In this document: positions 37,842-45,930 of the stretch, piece by piece | Layout: every line of letters starts with the position of its first letter | Numbering within the stretch: position 1 is the first letter of the stretch | Assembly (NCBI GenBank): GCA_032115795.1 | Contig: JAUMBK010000232.1 | Coordinates: forward strand, 1-46,777 | DNA: 46,777 nucleotides | Source: Saprospiraceae bacterium | GTDB taxonomy: Bacteria; Bacteroidota; Bacteroidia; Chitinophagales; Saprospiraceae | Reading direction: 5' to 3' | Translations under genes and position numbers: made by a program | Notes under the pieces: generated by a model | What the model was told of the DNA's origin: nothing | What the model saw: the letters and a program-made list of their open reading frames with translations, nothing else | Database searches by the model: none

Positions 37842-38222
37842 ATGAGATTGTTATCTAGATTTCTTTTTTTTACACTCATCTTCCAATTGCTTGCCTTAAG
37901 CAGTCTTCCACCGGCGGTAGGAAGTGCTGTGACGGAACGCAATAAGTTTCGGGTCACAAAGCAGGCTGTTCTGACGAACGATTCCGGAGTGTTGGGTCAG
38001 TTTGCGGGTTTCAACAAGGAAGAACTGAATGAAATTACAGAAGACGAAACGGAAGATTTTCAAGCATTTCCTGACGACACGGAGGGCGAATCTTCGACAT
38101 TTTCTCCGTTTGCCTTTGGGACATCGGCCACAAATCTCTCGGCTGGTGTGCTTGTGCCCATAGTAACGAGGGCGTTGTTTATACTTTTCCATTGCTGGAT
38201 GGTGGACCTTTTTCTTGACTAA
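37842..38222 (+). CDS. Hypothetical small secreted/membrane protein with acidic cluster, upstream of SulP-2
   Basis: 126 aa with signal-like N-terminus MRLLSRFLFFTLIFQLLALSS, acidic stretch TEDETEDFQAF and a hydrophobic C-terminus. Coding status is uncertain. Confidence 0.35.
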   Translation: MRLLSRFLFFTLIFQLLALSSLPPAVGSAVTERNKFRVTKQAVLTNDSGVLGQFAGFNKEELNEITEDETEDFQAFPDDTEGESSTFSPFAFGTSATNLSAGVLVPIVTRALFILFHCWMVDLFLD

Positions 38223-38315
38223 ACTATGTGCGGTCATGTGAATTTTAGTTTCATGTGGCTTCTTGCATGGTATCCTGACAGGATACCTGTTTTTTAGTCA
38301 TGTAAAAAGGTAAAA

Positions 38316-39908
38316 ATGAAATCATTCAATACAGTTCCTAAAGACGGAATCGCCGGACTAAGGGAACATTATCAAGCGGATGCGATCTCCGGCTTTCTTG
38401 TTTTTTTGCTCGCCTTGCCATTGAGTTTGGGTATTGCGAAGGCTTCAGAATTTCCACCGATTATGGGTTTGATCACAGCCATTGTCGGAGGGATTGTGGT
38501 CAGTATTTTTGCTGGAAGTCGTCTGACGATCAAAGGCCCTGCTGCCGGATTAATTGTGATTGTTGCCGGTTCTGTAACGGATTTTGGTGGAGGTGAAGAA
38601 GGGTGGCACCTTGCTTTGGGGGCCATGTTTGTTGCGGCAGTAATTCAGATTCTGTTTGGGGTTTTCAAATTTGGCAAGCTGGCAGATTTTTTTCCGTTGT
38701 CAGCCATCCATGGTATGCTAGCGGCTATTGGCATCATCATCATCGCCAAGCAAATTCCAATCATGCTCAATGTGGACCCGTCCCTGCTGAAGGGCAAAGG
38801 GCCGTTGGGGCTACTTGCCTACATTCCACAAGCCATTGCTCACCTTGACCCAAGGGGTGCGGCTATTGGCATTTTGAGTCTGGCAATTATGATGGGTTGG
38901 CCCTACATGAAAAACAGGGTTATTGGGAAGCTGCCAGCGCCCCTGGTTGTCCTTCTAATCGCTATTCCTGCGGAGTTGTGGATGGATTTTCAGCATTCAG
39001 AACCAACGTATGCGCTTGTCCATTTAGGCAATCTTGTAGAAAGTCTCCACTTAAATGTTCGTTTTGACGGATTTTCAGAGCCGGGAGTTTTTATCAAGTA
39101 TGTAATTATGTTTGCCCTGGTAGGTTCGCTGGAGTCTCTGCTGACAGTCAAGGCCATCGATTTACTTGACCCATACAAAAGAAAATCGGACTATAACCGA
39201 GATCTGATTGCAGTTGGCATTGGCAACGTATGCACATCCATTTTGGGGGGATTGCCCATGATTTCAGAAGTAGCGCGAAGTTCTGCCAATGTGCATAATG
39301 GGGCAAAAACCCGTTGGGCCAACTTTTTCCATGGATTTTTCATTCTGGTCTTTGTGCTCATTGCCTCCAGGTATATTGAGATGATACCCAATGCTGCTTT
39401 GGCGGCCATGTTGATTTCTGTGGGTATTAAACTTGCACATCCTAAGGAATTTGTGCATACTTTTCAGATTGGAAAAGAGCAACTGGTGATATTTTTAACA
39501 ACGATTTTCTTCACATTATTTGAAGATTTGCTGGTGGGAATTGCTGCCGGCATAGTGGTGAAAATCCTTTTCCATTTATGGAATGGAGCCCCGTTACGAG
39601 CCCTTTTCAAGGCCCCTGTGTCCATTTCCTTTGAGGGGAATGAATATTTGGTTGAAATCGACAGGGCAGCGGTATTTACCAACTTCATTGGTATAAAAAA
39701 TTGTTTGGAAAGCATCCCAGGAGGCTTCTATGTTACAATTGATCTTCAAAACACCCGCATTACGGATCACTCTGTCATGGAAAACCTACAACATTTTAAA
39801 CAGGATTATGAACAAAGCGGTGGTTCTGTGTATATTTCGGGTTTGGATGAACATATCCCTTTTTCTAAGCACGAACTGGCTTCCAGAAAGAAAAAGGCAA
39901 AAGGGTAG
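38316..39908 (+). CDS. SulP family inorganic anion transporter with STAS domain (SulP-2)
   Basis: 530 aa with the SulP signature ISGFLVFLLALPLSLGIAKASEFPPIMGLITAIVGGIVVS and a C-terminal STAS-like domain. It is a paralog of SulP-1. Confidence 0.9.
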   Translation: MKSFNTVPKDGIAGLREHYQADAISGFLVFLLALPLSLGIAKASEFPPIMGLITAIVGGIVVSIFAGSRLTIKGPAAGLIVIVAGSVTDFGGGEEGWHLALGAMFVAAVIQILFGVFKFGKLADFFPLSAIHGMLAAIGIIIIAKQIPIMLNVDPSLLKGKGPLGLLAYIPQAIAHLDPRGAAIGILSLAIMMGWPYMKNRVIGKLPAPLVVLLIAIPAELWMDFQHSEPTYALVHLGNLVESLHLNVRFDGFSEPGVFIKYVIMFALVGSLESLLTVKAIDLLDPYKRKSDYNRDLIAVGIGNVCTSILGGLPMISEVARSSANVHNGAKTRWANFFHGFFILVFVLIASRYIEMIPNAALAAMLISVGIKLAHPKEFVHTFQIGKEQLVIFLTTIFFTLFEDLLVGIAAGIVVKILFHLWNGAPLRALFKAPVSISFEGNEYLVEIDRAAVFTNFIGIKNCLESIPGGFYVTIDLQNTRITDHSVMENLQHFKQDYEQSGGSVYISGLDEHIPFSKHELASRKKKAKG

Positions 39909-39911
39909 ACA

Positions 39912-41204
39912 ATGAAAAATATCATATTGATTTTGTTTGTGCTCGTTTTTTCGTCAGCAGCATACTGTCAGCGCATTTCTGAAGGAAAATTCTATCTGGA
40001 CGAAAGCGGACAACATTACCTAAAGATTTCTTTTGCTTCGCAATTTTGGTTGCGTCAGGCTTCCTACAATCCGGGTTCCAGTGTGTACGGGTTTCCAAAA
40101 AAAGGGGGTGTGGATATAGGAATCCGGCGCTTTCGAATGCAGTTTTTTGGGCAGCTGACTGACAGGATCTTTTTTTACAGTCAGTTTGGAATCAATAATT
40201 TCAACAGTATTTCAGACCGAAAGCTTTCCTTTTTTGTGCATGATGTCAATGGAGAAGTGGCTGTTTTCAAAGGAAAGTTATCTCTTGGTATGGGTTTGTC
40301 GGGATGGAGTGGACTTGCCCGTTTTTCGTCACCAGCAGTTGGATCCATTATGGGTTTGGATGCACCGTTGTACCAGCAGACCACAAATGATGTGACTGAC
40401 CAGTTTTTACGAAAATTAGGGGTTTTTGCCAAAGGCAAATGGGCTGCGTTGGATTACCGTTTTCAGGTGGCACAACCTATGTCCATACAGAAGTCCACCT
40501 TTTATTCCCCTGAGGTGACCAGCAATGTCTCGTTTTCCAATCTGCCGCCACATTGGCAGTGGAATGGATATGTGCAGCTGCAGTTTTTGGACAAAGAACC
40601 CAACTTAACGCCCTATTCGACCGGCACATATCTAGGTAAGAAACGAGTCCTAAACCTGGGCGCCGGGTTTCAGTACCAGCGAAAAGCCATGTGGCGATTA
40701 AACCAACTTTCCGGAGACACACTATTGCACCCTTTGTTTCATCTGGGAGCGGATGTGTATTATGATGCCCCTCTTGGGACGGATGGAAAGGCAATGCACG
40801 CCTATGTGCAATGGAGCCATCTTGATTTCGGTCCTGGCTATCTCAGAAATCTGGGTGTAATGAATCCCTCTAACGGAACGCTGGATAAGTATGTTGTGAA
40901 TGGGGGAGGTGTTGCTTTTCCAGCATACGGAACGGGCAATGTCTTTTATGTGCAGATGGGCTACAAACTGCGGGACCAGTTGCTTGGGAAGGCGTCATGT
41001 ATGCCCTTTGTTTCCTGGCAGCGCGCCGATTATGAGCGGTTATCGGGTATAATGCATTATTATACCGGGGGCATATCTGTTTTTCTAAATGGACATGGTT
41101 CAAAACTGACATTGGCGTATGAAAGCAGACCAGTATTTTATTCTGATGGTCAGGAAAGCAGCCGGAAAGGTGCAATGATTCTGCAATACCAGATTTTTTA
41201 TTAG
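39912..41204 (+). CDS. Outer-membrane porin (beta-barrel, possibly anion-selective)
   Basis: Signal peptide MKNIILILFVLVFSSAAYCQ, amphipathic beta-strand periodicity throughout, and a C-terminal ILQYQIFY aromatic terminus. It starts 3 nt after the SulP-2 stop. Confidence 0.7.
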   Translation: MKNIILILFVLVFSSAAYCQRISEGKFYLDESGQHYLKISFASQFWLRQASYNPGSSVYGFPKKGGVDIGIRRFRMQFFGQLTDRIFFYSQFGINNFNSISDRKLSFFVHDVNGEVAVFKGKLSLGMGLSGWSGLARFSSPAVGSIMGLDAPLYQQTTNDVTDQFLRKLGVFAKGKWAALDYRFQVAQPMSIQKSTFYSPEVTSNVSFSNLPPHWQWNGYVQLQFLDKEPNLTPYSTGTYLGKKRVLNLGAGFQYQRKAMWRLNQLSGDTLLHPLFHLGADVYYDAPLGTDGKAMHAYVQWSHLDFGPGYLRNLGVMNPSNGTLDKYVVNGGGVAFPAYGTGNVFYVQMGYKLRDQLLGKASCMPFVSWQRADYERLSGIMHYYTGGISVFLNGHGSKLTLAYESRPVFYSDGQESSRKGAMILQYQIFY

Positions 41205-41422
41205 ATCCGCATGAGTCAAGTCATGTAGGTGGGTAAATGTATTTGCTCACTACATGCCTTCATATAATCCAATCACTTACTTGTTGGATGGCATTGTTTC
41301 TTTCTTAAACGAAAAAAAAGAGGATACATACACCGATGGTTCTTTTTCGAGTGGTGAACCCTTGGCAGTAAAATCCAATCACGCGTAGTGTCATGTACAA
41401 TTCGTAAACTAACGCAACAACA

Positions 41423-43915
41423 ATGAAACACACAATAGATATTTTCAGGGTGGATAATGTGATCCATCATTTAAAGCATTATTTGCCTTCGCAGGCTCCG
41501 CTCAAGGATTTTATACATCACAATACGCTGCATGCCTTTCAGGACAGGAAGTTTTTTCAGGCAATCACTGAAGCAAGCAACATCTTTGGGTATAAAACGA
41601 GTCTTTCTCTAAGCGAATACAGGATGCTTTTTCTTTCTGGTAAAATTCAAGTAGGAGTGCTTGAAAAGGTGATCCAAAGCAGAAAGGGTAAAGGACAGCA
41701 GGAAGAATGGAAGCAAAAAATGCTTCAAGGGGAATACTCCGATAATTTTGCCGGACGAAGGAGTCATTTAAGAAACCATTGGAAAGACCTGTACAACATA
41801 GATCTTGATCTTGCCATCCAGCCCTTTTTGTTTCGGTTTTTATGCAGCTATCTGGACCAGGGAATTGCAATCTGGCGATTTCCGGTATGGAACAAGGGAT
41901 TCCTGACCACAATCAGAGAGATGGAGAGGAATACGTTTAACAGTTTTTTCAAAACGCCTCGTGCACGAAAATTACTGATGGACAGGAAATGCGAAATTAT
42001 TGACCTGTTGCAGATTCTGGTGGGCGACGAAACTCTGTTTGAGCATTATCTGTTTGACCAGCAATTTGCCCACCCGGGCTGGTCGGGCATGGTGTCTGTC
42101 ATTGAAGACACGCCTCAATCCCTGCTTGATGCCAGGCGTATTTCCTTGCATGATTTGATCATTTTTGAATTGTTGCTGGAAATAGATCAACTAGACAGGA
42201 AGTTTGGTGAAAACTGGCTGCCTTTAGGACTGAGGATAGAGAAGAAACCGGAACATTTGTTTGCAAACGTAGAGGTAACAGAGTACAGGGAAGTGCTTCA
42301 TCTGTGGCAAGAAGCGTTTGAATGGACATATTACGACCAGGTATTGGGTGGAATTTCGAAGGTTACTGTTCGGAATGAAGAGGTCAGGAAGGTGGATTTT
42401 CAAGCATTATTTTGTATCGACGACAGAGAATGTTCTTTTCGGCGTTATGTAGAGGACATTGATCCTGGTGCTGAGACTTTTGGAACGCCCGGATTTTTTG
42501 GTGTCGAATTTTACTACAAACCAATGAATGGCAAATTTTCCATGAAGGTATGTCCGGCGCCGGTAACACCAAAATACCTGATTAAAGAGGAGATAGAAAA
42601 TAAAACTACGAAGAAGGATTTTCACTTTGCGGATTATACACATTCGCTCTTTTTTGGCTGGCTGATTACGCATTCCATTGGATTTTGGTCAGCGATCAGG
42701 CTTTTTATCAACATTTTTACACCGCGTTTGAGTCCTGCGACGACACTCTCGTTCAGGCATATGGATCGATTTTCGAGATTGTCTGTGGAGCATTTTGGCC
42801 ATGAACAACCAGAAGACGGTTTGCAGGTTGGCTTTACGGTGACAGAAATGGCAGACAGGGTGGAGGCATTATTAAAAAGCATTGGCCTGGTTGGTGATTT
42901 TGCTCCTATCGTGTATGTCGTTGGCCATGGTGCCAGCAGTGTCAACAACACCCATTATGCAGGCTATGATTGCGGTGCCTGTTCAGGAAGACCGGGTTCT
43001 GTCAATGCACGGGTTTTATGTTACATGGCAAACCACCTGGAGGTCAGGCAAATTCTCAAGTCACGTGGAATCACGATTCCGGCAACAACGATTTTTCTGG
43101 GGGCATTGCATGATACGACACGTGATGAAATTGAATTTTATGATGATCAGTTCACTGACGCGGGCAAAAATCAGTTGCACCTGAAGAATAAGGAAGTTTT
43201 TCAAAAAGCTTTATTGCGAAATGCACGGGAAAGGGCGAGGCGCTTTGTCACCATTTCGCCAAAATTGTCTTTGCGGCGCTTATACAAGAAGGTCAAAGAC
43301 AGGTCGGTATCCCTCTTTGAGCCACGTCCGGAATTAAACCATGCCACAAATGCGTTGTGCATCATTGGGCGCCGTGACATGACAAAAGACCTGTTTCTTG
43401 ACAGGCGGGCCTTTATGAATTCGTACGATTGCACTATCGACCCTGAGGGCAATTCTCTTTTTCATATTTTAAAGGCGGCGGCGCCGGTTTGTGGAGGCAT
43501 TAATCTTGAATATTATTTTTCCAGAGTCGACAATCTGAAACTGGGTGCCGGCACCAAACTTCCACACAATGTGATGGGGCTGATAGGTGTGGCAAATGGC
43601 ATAGACGGAGATTTGCGGCCGGGGTTGCCAAATCAAATGGTTGAGGTCCACGACCCTGTTCGCTTGCTGATCATCGCGGAACATTACCCGGAAGTTGTAT
43701 TAAAGACGATACAGCGTACGCCTGAATTGTATGAATGGTTTATAAACGAATGGGTGCATCTGGTTGCAATTCATCCGGACAACCGGACCATCTGGCGTTT
43801 TGAGGAAGGCAGTTTTACAGAATATATGCCTGATTATCAGCCGGATGTAGTAGGAAACATAGAAAAACATTTTGAAACGGAAGTAGATAACTTACCTGTA
43901 TTCCTTATAAAATAA
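41423..43915 (+). CDS. dabA: DUF2309 family protein, DabA/MpsB-type (beta-CA-like subunit of a DAB inorganic-carbon pump)
   Basis: 830 aa with the DUF2309 N-terminal hallmark LPSQAPLKDFIHHNTLHAF. The putative zinc ligands are FCIDDRE (C331 codon 42413..42415, D333), GHG (H502, 42926..42928) and DCGAC (C517, 42971..42973). The gene is directly followed by a PF00361-type gene. Confidence 0.9.
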   Translation: MKHTIDIFRVDNVIHHLKHYLPSQAPLKDFIHHNTLHAFQDRKFFQAITEASNIFGYKTSLSLSEYRMLFLSGKIQVGVLEKVIQSRKGKGQQEEWKQKMLQGEYSDNFAGRRSHLRNHWKDLYNIDLDLAIQPFLFRFLCSYLDQGIAIWRFPVWNKGFLTTIREMERNTFNSFFKTPRARKLLMDRKCEIIDLLQILVGDETLFEHYLFDQQFAHPGWSGMVSVIEDTPQSLLDARRISLHDLIIFELLLEIDQLDRKFGENWLPLGLRIEKKPEHLFANVEVTEYREVLHLWQEAFEWTYYDQVLGGISKVTVRNEEVRKVDFQALFCIDDRECSFRRYVEDIDPGAETFGTPGFFGVEFYYKPMNGKFSMKVCPAPVTPKYLIKEEIENKTTKKDFHFADYTHSLFFGWLITHSIGFWSAIRLFINIFTPRLSPATTLSFRHMDRFSRLSVEHFGHEQPEDGLQVGFTVTEMADRVEALLKSIGLVGDFAPIVYVVGHGASSVNNTHYAGYDCGACSGRPGSVNARVLCYMANHLEVRQILKSRGITIPATTIFLGALHDTTRDEIEFYDDQFTDAGKNQLHLKNKEVFQKALLRNARERARRFVTISPKLSLRRLYKKVKDRSVSLFEPRPELNHATNALCIIGRRDMTKDLFLDRRAFMNSYDCTIDPEGNSLFHILKAAAPVCGGINLEYYFSRVDNLKLGAGTKLPHNVMGLIGVANGIDGDLRPGLPNQMVEVHDPVRLLIIAEHYPEVVLKTIQRTPELYEWFINEWVHLVAIHPDNRTIWRFEEGSFTEYMPDYQPDVVGNIEKHFETEVDNLPVFLIK

Positions 43916-43921
43916 GCAGTA

Positions 43922-45790
43922 ATGGACAAATTTCTTGAAATATTCATCCTCTGGCCGATGGCCGCGTTTTTCATTTCCCTGTTTCTTCCAAAGTCGAATG
44001 AAAAGTTGATTTCCGGATTTTCATTTGGTGTTGTAGGCCTTCATTTCATTAGCATCATTGGCTTTTTGGCCTATTGGATTTCTGTGGGCAGGGGCAATAT
44101 TAACATCCAGGAGTTTTCACTTTATAAAAGTGAGAACCTGCATTATTTTATTGATTTTTATTTTGACCATGTTACAGCGGTTTACAGTCTGGTTGGTTCC
44201 ATGCTTACATTTCTGGTGATCACATACAGCAGGATATACCTGCACAGGGAAGACGGCTTTAAACGGTTTTTTTATACAATTTTGTTTTTTTATGCCGGCT
44301 ACAACCTGGCTGTCTATGCTGGCAATCTGGAGACCTTATTCATTGGGTGGGAGATTCTGGGCATTACTTCCTTTTTATTGGTCGCATTTTACAGAGAGAG
44401 GTATCTTCCTGTAAAAAATGCCTTAAAAGTATTTTCCATTTACCGGATAGGGGATGTGGGTATTCTTCTTGCGATGTGGGCGAGCCATCACTTTTGGCAT
44501 GAAAATGTCACCTTTGAAAAAATGCATGACATCAACCAAGTGCAGTCACACCTGCAGGGCCATGCTTTGTTTGGGGTCTTTATATCGATCATGTTGTTAT
44601 TGGCAGCCTGTGCAAAGTCAGCCCAGTTTCCTTTTTCTTCCTGGTTACCCCGTGCGATGGAGGGGCCAACTCCTTCCTCTGCCATTTTTTATGGGTCGTT
44701 GTCTGTTCATTTAGGTGTTTTTCTATTGTTGCGGACGATGTCATTTTGGGAGCAACAACTCTTGCCGTCCATTCTCATCGGCACGGTGGGCTTGTTTACA
44801 GCCATAATCGGAGCATCGATAGGAAGGGTACAGTCGTCGGTCAAGAGCCAGATTGCATATGCGTCTGTCGCACAGATTGGGTTGATCTTTTTTGAACTTG
44901 CGCTGGGGTTTGAGACGCTTGCTTTGGTACATTTTGCCGGCAATGCGTTTCTCCGGACATACCAACTTTTGGTTTCTCCTTCAGCGGTTAGTTATTTGAT
45001 CCGAGAGCAGTTCTATCATTTTGAGTCTAAGCATCAGAACATCGAGACCCATTTTTCGAAAAAACTGGAATATTCTTTGTTTCTTTTGAGCATCAAAGAA
45101 TGGAATATGGACGAACTTCTTGACAAGTTTATCTGGAAACCTTTGAAACATATGGGAACGCTTCTATCCTTTCTAAATAGCAGGAATGTATTTTATTTTG
45201 TCATTCCGACGTACGTCATCGGCTTGCTTGTCAAGATTACGAGTTATTCCATTCCGCCATTCATGTTGGATCTCTTGCCTGAGATTTATGCCTTTCTGGG
45301 CTTGCTTCTTGTGTTCAGGGCGTATTCGGAAAGACGAAATGTGTTTGTTGGCTGGACATTGATTTTAATGAACCATTTCTGGGTTGTTCTTGCCATCTCA
45401 TTCAATGATACGCTTTCGCTTTATGAGACAATATATTATTTTACTGGTGTCATTGTTGCCGGTTTGTTGGGATACACTGTTTTGTATGCCTTACAAAAGA
45501 AGGAAGCGGGTATTGACCTGAATAGATTTCAAGGACACGTATATGAATATCCGCGATGGTCAGCTGCATTTTTGACAGCCTGTCTTGGCCTTGCAGGGTT
45601 TCCTATTAGTACGACGTTTGTAGGCGAAGATATTTTGTTTTCACACATTTCCTACGATCAGGTCTTTCTGGCTTTTTATCTTTCTTTAGGCTTTGTGATT
45701 TCCGGGATTACCCTGATCAGAATGTTTGCCAGATTGTTTCTTGGGCCACATGTGAAGAGATACCATGCCATTGCCCAGCGATCTTCTTAA
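43922..45790 (+). CDS. dabB: NuoL/MrpA-like proton-conducting membrane transporter, DabB/MpsA-type
   Basis: 622 aa and polytopic, with FIGWEILGITSF (TM5 Glu), AKSAQFPFSSWLPRAMEGPTPSSAIFYGSLSVHLG (TM7 Lys plus the broken helix) and a C-terminal GFPISTTFVGEDILF. It starts 6 nt after dabA. The real nuoL lies elsewhere in the window. Confidence 0.85.
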   Translation: MDKFLEIFILWPMAAFFISLFLPKSNEKLISGFSFGVVGLHFISIIGFLAYWISVGRGNINIQEFSLYKSENLHYFIDFYFDHVTAVYSLVGSMLTFLVITYSRIYLHREDGFKRFFYTILFFYAGYNLAVYAGNLETLFIGWEILGITSFLLVAFYRERYLPVKNALKVFSIYRIGDVGILLAMWASHHFWHENVTFEKMHDINQVQSHLQGHALFGVFISIMLLLAACAKSAQFPFSSWLPRAMEGPTPSSAIFYGSLSVHLGVFLLLRTMSFWEQQLLPSILIGTVGLFTAIIGASIGRVQSSVKSQIAYASVAQIGLIFFELALGFETLALVHFAGNAFLRTYQLLVSPSAVSYLIREQFYHFESKHQNIETHFSKKLEYSLFLLSIKEWNMDELLDKFIWKPLKHMGTLLSFLNSRNVFYFVIPTYVIGLLVKITSYSIPPFMLDLLPEIYAFLGLLLVFRAYSERRNVFVGWTLILMNHFWVVLAISFNDTLSLYETIYYFTGVIVAGLLGYTVLYALQKKEAGIDLNRFQGHVYEYPRWSAAFLTACLGLAGFPISTTFVGEDILFSHISYDQVFLAFYLSLGFVISGITLIRMFARLFLGPHVKRYHAIAQRSS

Positions 45791-45832
45791 ACAGGATAGA
45801 AGAGAAAAAGAAAACAGAAACAGGAAATGAAC

Positions 45833-45869
45833 AAAAGGAAGGTGATGTATCTTTTGTGCCTCCTTTTTT
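45833..45869 (+). terminator. Weak candidate terminator after dabB
   Basis: AAAAGGAAGG pairs imperfectly with CCTCCTTTT across a 16-nt loop, and the 3' arm extends into a 6-T run. The stem is A/T-rich. Confidence 0.3.
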
Positions 45870-45930
45870 CAATTGCGCGCTTTCTGTATCTGCATTTACA
45901 TGGCCCATCAAATGCAAGTGACCATATGTG

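Noticed and set aside
41273-41470. A 65-aa minus-strand ORF overlapping the dabA start, considered as a possible regulator or antisense peptide.
   Set aside because: It is Cys/His-rich shadow sequence that overlaps the conserved DUF2309 N-terminus and has no motif support.
43922-45790. The idea that the NuoL-like gene is simply a duplicated or degenerate nuoL, or a stray complex I or Mrp subunit.
   Set aside because: A complete nuoA-N operon with its own NuoL exists at 23098..35917. This gene is an intact 622-codon ORF, 6 nt downstream of a DUF2309 gene, with no other Mrp or Nuo subunits adjacent. That arrangement is the DAB signature.
18633-45790. The idea that the window is an autotrophic carbon-concentrating-mechanism or carboxysome locus.
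   Set aside because: No RuBisCO, carboxysome shell (BMC), CbbQ/O or CBB-cycle genes occur anywhere in the window. The context is heterotrophic housekeeping.
45791-45845. A purine-rich tract (AGAAGAGAAAAAGAAAACAGAAACAGGAAATGAACAAAAGGAAGG) after dabB, considered as a repeat array or regulatory element.
   Set aside because: It has no periodic repeat unit and is simple low-complexity intergenic sequence between convergent genes. Only its 3' end may contribute to a weak hairpin.
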